A DNA stretch of 20,000 nucleotides from an uncultured virus (IMG/VR IMGVR_UViG_3300044858_002734) (Duplodnaviria > Heunggongvirae > Uroviricota > Caudoviricetes). A program made the position numbers and the translations under genes. The notes under the pieces were generated by a model that was not told the DNA's origin, did no database searches, and worked only from the letters and a program-made list of their open reading frames with translations. The stretch lies in the IMG/VR virus record IMGVR_UViG_3300044858_002734; one strand, written 5' to 3'. Position 1 is the first letter of the stretch, and every line of letters starts with the position of its first letter. Of the stretch, positions 1 through 7,801 are shown piece after piece.

Positions 1-88
1 AGCCAGACAACGTATGCGTAAACCCAAAAGTGCGGAAGCCAGACAACGTATGCGTAAACCTAAAAGTCCTGAAGCTAGAAAACGAATG
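1..88 (+). repeat. 36-bp coding tandem repeat (ARQRMRKPKSxE), 2 copies plus a partial third
   Basis: agccagacaacgtatgcgtaaaccYaaaagt at 1 and 37; degenerate copy from 73. Confidence 0.9.
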
Positions 89-520
89 GCGGAGGCAAGA
101 CGTGGAAAACCCATGAGTGAAAACACTAGAGCGGCATTATTAAAAGCTAATATCGGTAATAAGTTATCGGAAGAAACTAAGCGGAAAATAGCAGCAACTA
201 AACTAGGTAATCCTCATGGTGTAGGCATAGGCAAACCCATGAGTGCGGCAGCCAGAGCAGGACTATTAAAATTCCATATTGGCAATCATCTTTCTGCGGA
301 AACTAAACAGAAAATATCAGCCGCAAAAACTGGAATGAAGTACAAAATGACTGATAAGCCACGGAAAAAGTTGAGTGCAGAAACTAAGATGCGGATGTCT
401 AAACCAAAAAGTGCGGAACATAAACGGAGAATGAAAGAAGGTTGGTTATTACGGCGATTACGGAAACAAGACGCATTACCATTTTTCCCCAATGCGGATG
501 TTTTGCCTAAAAGTTCATAA
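2..520 (+). CDS. NUMOD3-repeat DNA-binding C-terminus, probably of a GIY-YIG/HNH homing endonuclease (5' truncated by window edge)
   Basis: Frame open from base 2; repeated S(E/A)ET(K/R)xK(I/M)S-type motifs (SEETKRKIA, SAETKQKIS, SAETKMRMS), very basic; nuclease domain not in window. Confidence 0.75.
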   Translation, partial: ARQRMRKPKSAEARQRMRKPKSPEARKRMAEARRGKPMSENTRAALLKANIGNKLSEETKRKIAATKLGNPHGVGIGKPMSAAARAGLLKFHIGNHLSAETKQKISAAKTGMKYKMTDKPRKKLSAETKMRMSKPKSAEHKRRMKEGWLLRRLRKQDALPFFPNADVLPKSS

Positions 521-908
521 AAGTATAGGTTCCCCCCTTTTTAAGAAAAGATGTCCCCTTAACAATCCCCTTAGAAAAGAACTTATAATACTAATCCCCC
601 CTCCTAGGTTATAGAAATATGATACAATCTCCCATGTATTTGGTACTGTATCATCTTGAAGTTTATTATTTATATACACATACGCACGTGTAGGCGCGTA
701 TTGGTAATAGGGTGATTTTGATTTAGGCGGTTTTTCATAGGTGATTTTCCGCTTGTGGAGTGTTTGTGGTGGGGATTGGATGAACCTAGATGCCATTTAA
801 ACCGCACCAGATAGGCCAAAATCGGCGTTTTAGCGTGTACCCCTTATCCTTTCAAGGGTCTAGTGCCAAAACGCGCGTTTTGGGGCGTTTCCGTTCGATT
901 TGACATAA
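521..908. promoter_or_regulatory. Non-coding gap between convergent genes with palindromes and short repeats (terminator and/or origin candidate)
   Basis: Perfect 18-bp palindrome ccaaaacgcgcgttttgg 866-883; related gccaaaatcggcgttttag 815-833; IR atgataca/tgtatcat 619-654; ggtgatttt at 711 and 740; TCCCC(TT) repeats 531-601. Confidence 0.5.
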
Positions 909-1169
909 TTACCATGATCCACTACTTCCGCCGTCATCCAGTACCGTGCCTTCTGTGTATTTTGCGGCATAAATTGTTTCATCCATCGCAAGACGGATTG
1001 CAGCACTAACTTGTTCTTCAATGTCTAACTCACCATCAGACATCTGAACTTCCGTAGCATCTGGTCTAATCGCAGTTACATTCGCTGCATCACGTTCAAT
1101 ATCTATGCGGATAGACCATCCATCAGTAAGATTCCCACAAGCTGATTCAATTCTTTGCTCTAGCGTCAT
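909..1169 (-). CDS. Hypothetical phage protein (86 aa)
   Basis: ORF with AGGTG RBS, last gene of minus-strand array. Confidence 0.7.
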   Translation of the reverse strand: MTLEQRIESACGNLTDGWSIRIDIERDAANVTAIRPDATEVQMSDGELDIEEQVSAAIRLAMDETIYAAKYTEGTVLDDGGSSGSW

Positions 1170-1192
1170 ACAGTCACCTGTTCAGTTTTAAG

Positions 1193-1657
1193 TTAAAGGT
1201 TTTCCAAATCTACAAGCGGCATATCTTCTGGTTTTTTCAGGTACGTTTCATCCGAATGTTGCACACAACTATTATTTGTAGTCATATCTGATAGTTCCTG
1301 CATATCCTTACTGCTGTCTGCATACTTGTCTGTGAGTAGCTTCTTAGTAAGTGCAAATGAGCGTTTCCTGTGTGTTCTGAATGTAGTCATATACTGCTTT
1401 GTTGCTGTGATTATTACTTCCCATACTTCCTGTCCCTCAACTGGAATATCAGGCTTATAGTCTCCGTCTGAAACTATAAACAATATCTGGTTCTTTACCA
1501 GTCTGCCTACAATTTCAGGTGGCAAGTTCAGTAAGCTATCAAATACAGGCTGCGGTATGATAGACAGTAAGTGCCGCTCATTAAACTTGCTGTATACTAC
1601 ACAGCGACGTGCAGTATTGCTAAACGAATAAGGTGTTTTGTTTGCTCTTTTAGGCAT
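1193..1657 (-). CDS. Hypothetical protein (154 aa)
   Basis: ORF overlapping upstream stop, AGGT RBS. Confidence 0.7.
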   Translation of the reverse strand: MPKRANKTPYSFSNTARRCVVYSKFNERHLLSIIPQPVFDSLLNLPPEIVGRLVKNQILFIVSDGDYKPDIPVEGQEVWEVIITATKQYMTTFRTHRKRSFALTKKLLTDKYADSSKDMQELSDMTTNNSCVQHSDETYLKKPEDMPLVDLENL

Positions 1658-1859
1658 TAGTTACCTGCTTACTTGCTTCGGCGAGTATCATTGCAATAAG
1701 GATGCGATCTCTACGTGCAATGTGTTGATTTGCAATACCCAACCAACCTTCAATACTTCCGTGTGTTTCTGCGTTCTGTTGTGCCAGCCCAAGTGCCCAT
1801 TCTACATCCTTTTCCGCTTCCTGCAACTTGAACTCCAGATTGGTTATTGTGTTAGGCAT
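1650..1859 (-). CDS. Hypothetical helical protein (69 aa)
   Basis: Fills gap in array; AAGGGA RBS. Confidence 0.65.
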   Translation of the reverse strand: MPNTITNLEFKLQEAEKDVEWALGLAQQNAETHGSIEGWLGIANQHIARRDRILIAMILAEASKQVTNA

Positions 1860-1862
1860 TAG

Positions 1863-2159
1863 TTATCCCTTGCCCCCTTCCGCTTCGGCGCGTATCGCGG
1901 AATTGTCGGTGTGAAACTGCTTTCCGGCAACACGATCCCACAGCAGCCAGTAATCGTCTCGCAGCGTCTCGTAGTCAGGAGGATTATCGAGGTCGTCATG
2001 CCGCGAAAGTCCATCCACCTGCCGCTCGGCAAGCTCCTTCGCGGCGGTCATGGCCGCAAGCTCGCGCTCCAGTGTTGCGGCGTGCCTTTTCATTCCGTTG
2101 TATCCCGCGTCTTCCCTGTCATGCACGGCGTCCGTTCTCGGTGTCTCGCTCATAATCAT
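1863..2159 (-). CDS. Hypothetical phage protein with ETPRTDA...LERELAA coiled-coil motif
   Basis: ATGA coupling with upstream ORF; motif familiar from phage hypotheticals; markedly GC-rich. Confidence 0.7.
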   Translation of the reverse strand: MIMSETPRTDAVHDREDAGYNGMKRHAATLERELAAMTAAKELAERQVDGLSRHDDLDNPPDYETLRDDYWLLWDRVAGKQFHTDNSAIRAEAEGGKG

Positions 2160-2350
2160 CCCCCTTTTCGGATTTGTCCTATCTGCTCGCGTACCCGAAA
2201 TGCCTTTCTGATACGCTGATACACTTTGTCAATACTTGCTCTCTTCATCCGCAATGGCAGGCGGTAGGTATACTCGACATACCCATCATCAATGGATATG
2301 AGAAACATACCCATCGGCTCACCATTAGGTTTAATATCTTGTTTACTCAT
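2156..2350 (-). CDS. Hypothetical protein (64 aa)
   Basis: TAATG coupling, GGAG RBS. Confidence 0.65.
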   Translation of the reverse strand: MSKQDIKPNGEPMGMFLISIDDGYVEYTYRLPLRMKRASIDKVYQRIRKAFRVREQIGQIRKGG

Positions 2351-2736
2351 TAGTTTCTCCGTCCTACCATATCACGCAGGTCACATGCAACAGTCTTGGA
2401 TTCAAGCACTACATCACGTATAAAACACATACCACAGTTACTGCCTAGCCATTGAATAATTGTAGCAGCTATCGTAGCATCCCTTTGTGTAGCGTCAGGT
2501 ATCAAAGTTTCAAGTATATTGTGATCTGAACCTCTTACTGAACCATCATTCTGTTTTTGCCATTGTTTAGCAAAAGCAACTTCCCGTGGATTACCAGCAG
2601 TTACAGATAATCTGTTTGCTGACAGTCCTACATGTTTTAGCCTTAGTGCATTAGCCGCTAGGTATAGACGTGTATGCTCATCCAGACATTCATAGCATGT
2701 ATCGTAGAAGTTACCGTGTTTACATTGAGTAGCCAT
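2350..2736 (-). CDS. Hypothetical phage protein (128 aa)
   Basis: AAGGAG RBS; N-terminal CKH...CYEC; RDATIAATIIQWLGSNCG motif. Confidence 0.75.
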   Translation of the reverse strand: MATQCKHGNFYDTCYECLDEHTRLYLAANALRLKHVGLSANRLSVTAGNPREVAFAKQWQKQNDGSVRGSDHNILETLIPDATQRDATIAATIIQWLGSNCGMCFIRDVVLESKTVACDLRDMVGRRN

Positions 2737-2747
2737 AATCTGCTCCT

Positions 2748-2879
2748 TTATGCGTTTGTTAGTCTTTCAATTTCCGCAGCAGTTAGGTGATTTCGCTTAG
2801 TTGTAAGCAAGTAGATTCGTGTACTTTCATACTCGTCCTGTGGCAGTAACGGCCATATCTTTAAGTTATGTGTTTTCAT
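2748..2879 (-). CDS. Small protein (43 aa) beginning MKTHNLKIWP
   Basis: ATG at 2879 with AAGGA RBS, preferred over the TTG start at 2990. Confidence 0.5.
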   Translation of the reverse strand: MKTHNLKIWPLLPQDEYESTRIYLLTTKRNHLTAAEIERLTNA

Positions 2880-3000
2880 AGAGTTCCTTATTGATAATTT
2901 CTTCCCATTTATCACAAAGTTCTTTTCGTACCCTTTTCGTTGTTTTCGCTGTAATGGTAGCCACAATTTTCTGTACAATCTGTTTTGCAATATCTTTCAT
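2866..3000 (-). CDS. Small hypothetical protein (44 aa, MKDIAKQIVQ...), not in ORF track
   Basis: Hand-translated; AAGGAAG RBS; tiles between neighbours. Confidence 0.55.
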   Translation of the reverse strand: MKDIAKQIVQKIVATITAKTTKRVRKELCDKWEEIINKELYENT

Positions 3001-3002
3001 AG

Positions 3003-3170
3003 TTACTTCCTTTTGCTGATTTCGTGTGCCCATGACATTCTGATTTTCTCATCAAGATACTTCCATGTATGCGATGACCAACCTGTCTTGTACCCGTGTT
3101 GTATTAGGAATCGTTCTTTGTCTTGCCATCCGGTTTCATTCCAGCGGACAGATGGTGAATTGTCGTTCAT
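3003..3170 (-). CDS. Small Trp-rich hypothetical protein (55 aa, MNDNSPSVRW...), not in ORF track
   Basis: Hand-translated; AAAGGA RBS just downstream of tRNA. Confidence 0.6.
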   Translation of the reverse strand: MNDNSPSVRWNETGWQDKERFLIQHGYKTGWSSHTWKYLDEKIRMSWAHEISKRK

Positions 3171-3185
3171 GTTTTCCTTTCAAAA

Positions 3186-3263
3186 TGGTAGGCGTTAAGG
3201 GATTTGAACCTATGACCAAGATGGTATAAGCATCCTGCGCTAACCAGACTGCGCTAAACGACC
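3186..3263 (-). tRNA. tRNA-Ile with UAU anticodon (reads AUA), CCA encoded; several stem mismatches
   Basis: GGTCGTT TA GCGC AGTCTGGTTA GCGC A GGATG CT-TAT-AC CATCT TGGTC ATAGG TTCAAAT CCCTT AACGCCT A CCA: cloverleaf, TTCRA T-loop, anticodon at 3228-3226. Confidence 0.8.
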
Positions 3264-3269
3264 ATTAAA

Positions 3270-3413
3270 TTACCGAATCATATAGCTTAGAATTCCAGCG
3301 GCCATAGAGTACATAATTTTAAGTACTGCCCCACCAAGACAAATAAGGAAGAAACCTATGAGTGGCCAGACAAAGAATACATTGCCTAGATTAAATTCAA
3401 ATAACGGAATCAT
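3270..3413 (-). CDS. Small membrane protein (47 aa, MIPLFEFNLG...), not in ORF track
   Basis: Hydrophobic stretch VFFVWPLIGFFLICLGGAVL; GAGG RBS; stop 6 nt before tRNA 5' end. Confidence 0.6.
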   Translation of the reverse strand: MIPLFEFNLGNVFFVWPLIGFFLICLGGAVLKIMYSMAAGILSYMIR

Positions 3414-3741
3414 AGTTACCTCTGTTATGTGCAGATTCTAAATCTTCGGAGTCGCGCCATAATCTACTACCCAATGAACTGACTAGTTTAAACTTTTCAT
3501 CCTGTGTAAGACCATCCAGTTCACTAGCTATTACTTTAATACTAGCGCACGCTTCTGCTAACCAGATTCTAGCTTTATGTGAGTCAACCATAGTTTTAGT
3601 CCTCGGTTTTTCTAAAACATGTTCCCATGTATATTCCGGCAGTTCAGGGTATGGGTACATGGTAATTCGTGTTAAAGTTAAGACATGCCCATTAGGGTAG
3701 ATAATCTTAGTGCCAAGTGGATAATTATCTGTACTTTTCAT
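3397..3741 (-). CDS. Hypothetical protein (114 aa)
   Basis: ATGA coupling to primase stop. Confidence 0.7.
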   Translation of the reverse strand: MKSTDNYPLGTKIIYPNGHVLTLTRITMYPYPELPEYTWEHVLEKPRTKTMVDSHKARIWLAEACASIKVIASELDGLTQDEKFKLVSSLGSRLWRDSEDLESAHNRGNYDSVI

Positions 3742-4655
3742 TTAATCAGTTTCCTTATCTCGTTCGCATCATCCTCATTCATATCACCGGGGTCATCTGC
3801 ATTACTGCCCTTGCAAGTTATCACATACGACTTATGCCCTTTAATCATAGCACAGGTTTCTGCTAGACTTCTAGCCCTTTGTTGTGCTTCAACTTCGGGG
3901 TCATAAAGTATATAACTAACCTTGTAGTTACGACCTATCAACTCAGCTTGTTCTGGTTTCCATCCTGTGCCTAGTGTAGCAAGACAACCACCACCAATAC
4001 GCCAAGCATCAAACACCCCTTCCACAACGACTACTGCATCCTTAGTAGCCCGTTGCATACCATAGACGCATTTCTTGTTATCATATACCTCCTTGTCGGG
4101 CATACATGTTAGGTATCGGTTCTTATCGTGCCCTGTAACATCACGACCAACGTAACTAACATACCGCCCACCATTCCAGATAGGTGCGATTACACGCCAA
4201 GCATGGGTAGCATGATAGGTAGTAAAGCGTACATCCCATTCTGCTACTAGCTTATCGGGGTCAAACCGTCTACCAGTTAAGTATGCCCTATGTAGTTCAG
4301 GTACTTCTTTTGTTCCCGGTATGTCCAGATTTAATGGACGTTCAACTGATTTGAACACCTCTGGTTTTTGAAAGGGGTCTACGGAGTAATGCGCTAGTGC
4401 ATACTGTACCGCTTCTTTCTTAGTGCGATTGAGCAGTGTAGCAAGAACCGTGCCAATCGTATGTTTACCACAGCGAAAACATGTAAAGGATTTACCCTTT
4501 TTAGAATAACCTAGATGGTGTCCTGCGTCACCTGTACAAAACGGGCATACCATAGATACCCAGTTAGGGCGATGATGCCGTTCCCCAGATTGCGCGGTAT
4601 GGATACCTTCACAGGCGCATAACCGTTCAATGTCTAAATCAATTCTATCATTCAT
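3738..4655 (-). CDS. DNA primase (N-terminal zinc finger + TOPRIM), phage DnaG-like
   Basis: CPFC...H...FTCFRCG zinc finger; TOPRIM VVVEGVFDAW, ATLGT, YDPE, DDPGD. Confidence 0.88.
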   Translation of the reverse strand: MNDRIDLDIERLCACEGIHTAQSGERHHRPNWVSMVCPFCTGDAGHHLGYSKKGKSFTCFRCGKHTIGTVLATLLNRTKKEAVQYALAHYSVDPFQKPEVFKSVERPLNLDIPGTKEVPELHRAYLTGRRFDPDKLVAEWDVRFTTYHATHAWRVIAPIWNGGRYVSYVGRDVTGHDKNRYLTCMPDKEVYDNKKCVYGMQRATKDAVVVVEGVFDAWRIGGGCLATLGTGWKPEQAELIGRNYKVSYILYDPEVEAQQRARSLAETCAMIKGHKSYVITCKGSNADDPGDMNEDDANEIRKLIK

Positions 4656-4833
4656 GTTTAGTTTCAGGTTCTGGTTTATCCTGCGGATTCATACTATGGC
4701 AATTACTACAGCAAAAACCTTGTATAACTGGATAACCGCAAGTCCCACAAGGATAAACAGGTGGGGCAAATGACCTTTGTAGTGCCGCAGCTATATCATG
4801 CCATTGGTTTGTATATGGTTGCATTTTAGTCAT
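4648..4833 (-). CDS. Small zinc-ribbon-like protein (61 aa)
   Basis: CGTCG...CCSNC. Confidence 0.65.
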   Translation of the reverse strand: MTKMQPYTNQWHDIAAALQRSFAPPVYPCGTCGYPVIQGFCCSNCHSMNPQDKPEPETKHE

Positions 4834-4834
4834 A

Positions 4835-6409
4835 TCATTTACCTTCCGCTATTGCAAGTTTCAATAAGTCACCGAGCGATTCAGTTACCGTAACACCGTC
4901 AATCACTTGTGAGGCAATATCTGCCTTTTCATCCAATAACTTAACAATCTTTTCCTCAAGTGTTCCCTTGCCAACTAAGTAGTAATACATACATATCTGG
5001 TCTTGCCCAATACGATGTATCCGGTCACTTGCCTGTGCCAAGTCAGCAGGTGTCATAGGCAATTCAACAAATAACATTGTGCTTGCGGATGTAAGGGTAA
5101 TACCTGTACCCGCAGCAATAATGTTACCAATGAATATGCGCTTTTGCCCTTTTTGAAATGCCTCTACAAGCTCCTGTTTATTTGTTACCCCACCAATAAC
5201 TAGTACCGATTGATCCTTAAACTTCTCATAGATTGCGGTAGTGACGTCACGATGCCAACCCATAACCACTAACTGCTCGGTAGACGATTCAAGGAAATCC
5301 TCAATCCATTCGATAGCAGCATCAATCTTAGCTACACCTAGTTCCTTATGTAGTTTGCTATATGCTTCCTGTACTTCAAACTCTGTATCAGCAGACAGTA
5401 TCAGGTTTTGTGCATTTCTTTCAGTTTTACCATTTATATTTACACTAACCGGCAGTACGGTTTTGATCTTCTTAGGCAACTGCGGCATGACTTCCGCTTT
5501 AGTACGCCTAATCATAACAGAGGATGCAAGTACCTTATGCAACACCGCCATGTTCTTAGCAGACCCAATCTGTGGAATCATAATAGGATGCCCATTAATT
5601 CGTACCTGCTTGCCATTCTTCCCGTATAGTGGCCGTTTAGTCACCACACAGAAATAGTTAATAAAGTTAGTCCACCCCCCTAGTAACCGTTTATCAATAG
5701 CGTCTACCAATGCCCATACATTTTCAGGATTGTTGATTAGCGGCGTACCTGTTGCCATGATACGCACAGGCTTGTCACCAATAGCTAGTACTGCTTGCGT
5801 ACATAATGCCTTACGATTCTTGATTTTCTGTGCTTCGTCACAGATAACTAGCTTAACACCTAAGTTATTAAAGTAGGATACCCATGATTTAACAATTTCG
5901 TAGTTGACTATCAGCACCTCACCGCTAGTTTCATACGGTGTATTACTTTCTAGTACATCCACATTGATCAGCGGTTGCCACTTGTTAAATTCTGCTTCCC
6001 AGTTCCATTTAAGATGTGCAGGACATACCACTACAGCCGGGCGCAGTTCGGGTTTATAGGCAATGTATGTGATTAGTTGTAGTGTTTTACCTAATCCTTG
6101 TTCGTCTGCAAGCAATCCCCCCTTAGTCTTAGCAAGTAACTTTGTAACCCCTTCTTTCTGAAAAGGTTTAAGTACGTCAGGCAAGGTAACAGATACAGGA
6201 CTGTTTTTGTCCTGCATCTGCACCTTTTTAGCCATAAGACTTTCCGAAAATGAGTATCCCTTATCATGCAGGATACCCAAATTAACAAGGGTAATAGGTA
6301 CAAGGTTAGATACTGCTGTCCGCTTAGGGATATTGGGAAACGCAGTATCATCCTCTAGCGGGTACTCTACATACCACTTGTTATTGACGTAGATGTCTTT
6401 TACTTGCAT
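4835..6409 (-). CDS. SNF2-family (SF2) helicase/ATPase
   Basis: LLADEQGLGKT (I), VVCPAHLKWNW (Ia), ICDEAQ (II), ATGTP (III), GTGITLTSA (V), QASDRIHRIGQ (VI). Confidence 0.93.
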   Translation of the reverse strand: MQVKDIYVNNKWYVEYPLEDDTAFPNIPKRTAVSNLVPITLVNLGILHDKGYSFSESLMAKKVQMQDKNSPVSVTLPDVLKPFQKEGVTKLLAKTKGGLLADEQGLGKTLQLITYIAYKPELRPAVVVCPAHLKWNWEAEFNKWQPLINVDVLESNTPYETSGEVLIVNYEIVKSWVSYFNNLGVKLVICDEAQKIKNRKALCTQAVLAIGDKPVRIMATGTPLINNPENVWALVDAIDKRLLGGWTNFINYFCVVTKRPLYGKNGKQVRINGHPIMIPQIGSAKNMAVLHKVLASSVMIRRTKAEVMPQLPKKIKTVLPVSVNINGKTERNAQNLILSADTEFEVQEAYSKLHKELGVAKIDAAIEWIEDFLESSTEQLVVMGWHRDVTTAIYEKFKDQSVLVIGGVTNKQELVEAFQKGQKRIFIGNIIAAGTGITLTSASTMLFVELPMTPADLAQASDRIHRIGQDQICMYYYLVGKGTLEEKIVKLLDEKADIASQVIDGVTVTESLGDLLKLAIAEGK

Positions 6410-6879
6410 TACGTGTTATCTCTTGCCCAAGCTAAGAAGTTATCCTCTGTGAAGGTAGCCGCCCATACGGCTTTCTTATCTTCCCATTTAGTAACTAAAT
6501 ACCTTTTACCTTCCCACCCATCTATAGTGTCAGCCACAAAGAAGCCATATTCTTTACCTCTAGGGTCATCCTTATGTGCCTTCATCTCAGGAATCGTAAA
6601 TCCTGCCCGTTTCATAACACTAGTTTTTGCTGGATACACCTCTTCAAATGTAGCATCAAATGTAGTCTCGTTCTTTGCCATTGCGTCTGCCAAAGTACGC
6701 CAGTAAGTGTCACCCTCCCGTGAATTTTTCCACAGGAATCCATACTTTAGTGCCGCCCGATCACTATCCACAATTCTCGAACACCAATACTCTGCTACGT
6801 ATTTTGCATCATAGTTATGAAGCAGCTTTTCACGCAATGTCTTGTTCTTAACTGCATTAAACCGTTCCAGAATAGTCAT
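6409..6879 (-). CDS. Hypothetical protein, tandem paralog family A, copy 2
   Basis: Aligns with 6892-7302 (ERFxAVKNKxLRxKLLxNYD; YGFxWxxxxEGxxYWR). Confidence 0.8.
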   Translation of the reverse strand: MTILERFNAVKNKTLREKLLHNYDAKYVAEYWCSRIVDSDRAALKYGFLWKNSREGDTYWRTLADAMAKNETTFDATFEEVYPAKTSVMKRAGFTIPEMKAHKDDPRGKEYGFFVADTIDGWEGKRYLVTKWEDKKAVWAATFTEDNFLAWARDNT

Positions 6880-6891
6880 GTTATTTCTCCT

Positions 6892-7302
6892 TTATGCGTT
6901 TTTCCTAACCCATTTAATGAAACTGTCAATATCGAATGTAGCACGCCATTCGTGCCCACCAATATATTGTGTGACCACAATATTATCCCCAGAGATAGAA
7001 TATTCGTACTTCTTTGCTGGTTTAGGCGGCGGGATGCTAGGCATATCAAGTACCTTTGCACCATACACTTTCGCATAAGCGTCATCAAGTGTGCTTTTAT
7101 CAGTCATAGCTAAAGAGATTGCCCGCCAGTAATCATGCCCCTCCTTTGTATCCACCCATACAAACCCATATTGAAGTGCATCTTTTTCGCTCCTTTCCCC
7201 GATCAGTGAGAACTTCTTTGCATAGCCTTCATCATAGTTCTTTAGCAACTTCGCACGCAGTCCCTTGTTCTTAACCGCCTCAAATCTTTCCCTGGTAGTC
7301 AT
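6892..7302 (-). CDS. Hypothetical protein, tandem paralog family A, copy 1
   Basis: Start MTTRERF chosen by alignment with MTILERF of neighbour. Confidence 0.8.
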   Translation of the reverse strand: MTTRERFEAVKNKGLRAKLLKNYDEGYAKKFSLIGERSEKDALQYGFVWVDTKEGHDYWRAISLAMTDKSTLDDAYAKVYGAKVLDMPSIPPPKPAKKYEYSISGDNIVVTQYIGGHEWRATFDIDSFIKWVRKNA

Positions 7303-7306
7303 AACT

Positions 7307-7609
7307 TCAATCCTTCTTTTCATTAACTTTGCTTAACATTACCCGCCTACACCATTCAGCAGCCGCTTCATTAGCACATTGCTGCATAGCGCAAAATGCG
7401 TCATAAGTAAGAGTAAACCTTAGTTGGATTTCACCCTTCTTTGTTTCCATCCTAAACTCTAGTCCTACCCGACTAGGCTTATCACCTTTCCCTAGAATGA
7501 CAACACGCACAGTACGGTTAGGGTTTTCCAGTTTACAGCCATAAACTGCGAATGGTGTACCTTTTGGAATTTTACGGGGTTTACCCGGTGTATACGGTAT
7601 CAGTTTCAT
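7307..7609 (-). CDS. Hypothetical protein (100 aa)
   Basis: AAGGAG RBS. Confidence 0.7.
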   Translation of the reverse strand: MKLIPYTPGKPRKIPKGTPFAVYGCKLENPNRTVRVVILGKGDKPSRVGLEFRMETKKGEIQLRFTLTYDAFCAMQQCANEAAAEWCRRVMLSKVNEKKD

Positions 7610-7610
7610 G

Positions 7611-7793
7611 CTACTCCTTTACTTCCTGAAAAATACCACCCTTACACTCATCCTTCTGCCATAGTTCGTAGCACGCTTGTTTATTCTCATACATCCTACA
7701 TTTTCCACAAGACATATCACCCTTTACAAACTTTACCTTTATAGGGTCTACTGTAACCACTGCAGTAGTACCATTTAACCACTTTACTTTCAT
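7611..7793 (-). CDS. Small Cys-rich protein (60 aa)
   Basis: CGKC...C...C; AAGGGG RBS. Confidence 0.65.
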   Translation of the reverse strand: MKVKWLNGTTAVVTVDPIKVKFVKGDMSCGKCRMYENKQACYELWQKDECKGGIFQEVKE

Positions 7794-7801
7794 AATCCCC
7801 T

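Noticed and set aside
515..796. 93-aa minus-strand ORF in the gap
   Set aside because: No clear RBS and runs through low-complexity palindromic DNA; likely spurious
900..930. Sigma70 promoter at TTGACA (900-905, plus strand)
   Set aside because: No acceptable -10 at 16-18 bp spacing, and it points antisense into the operon
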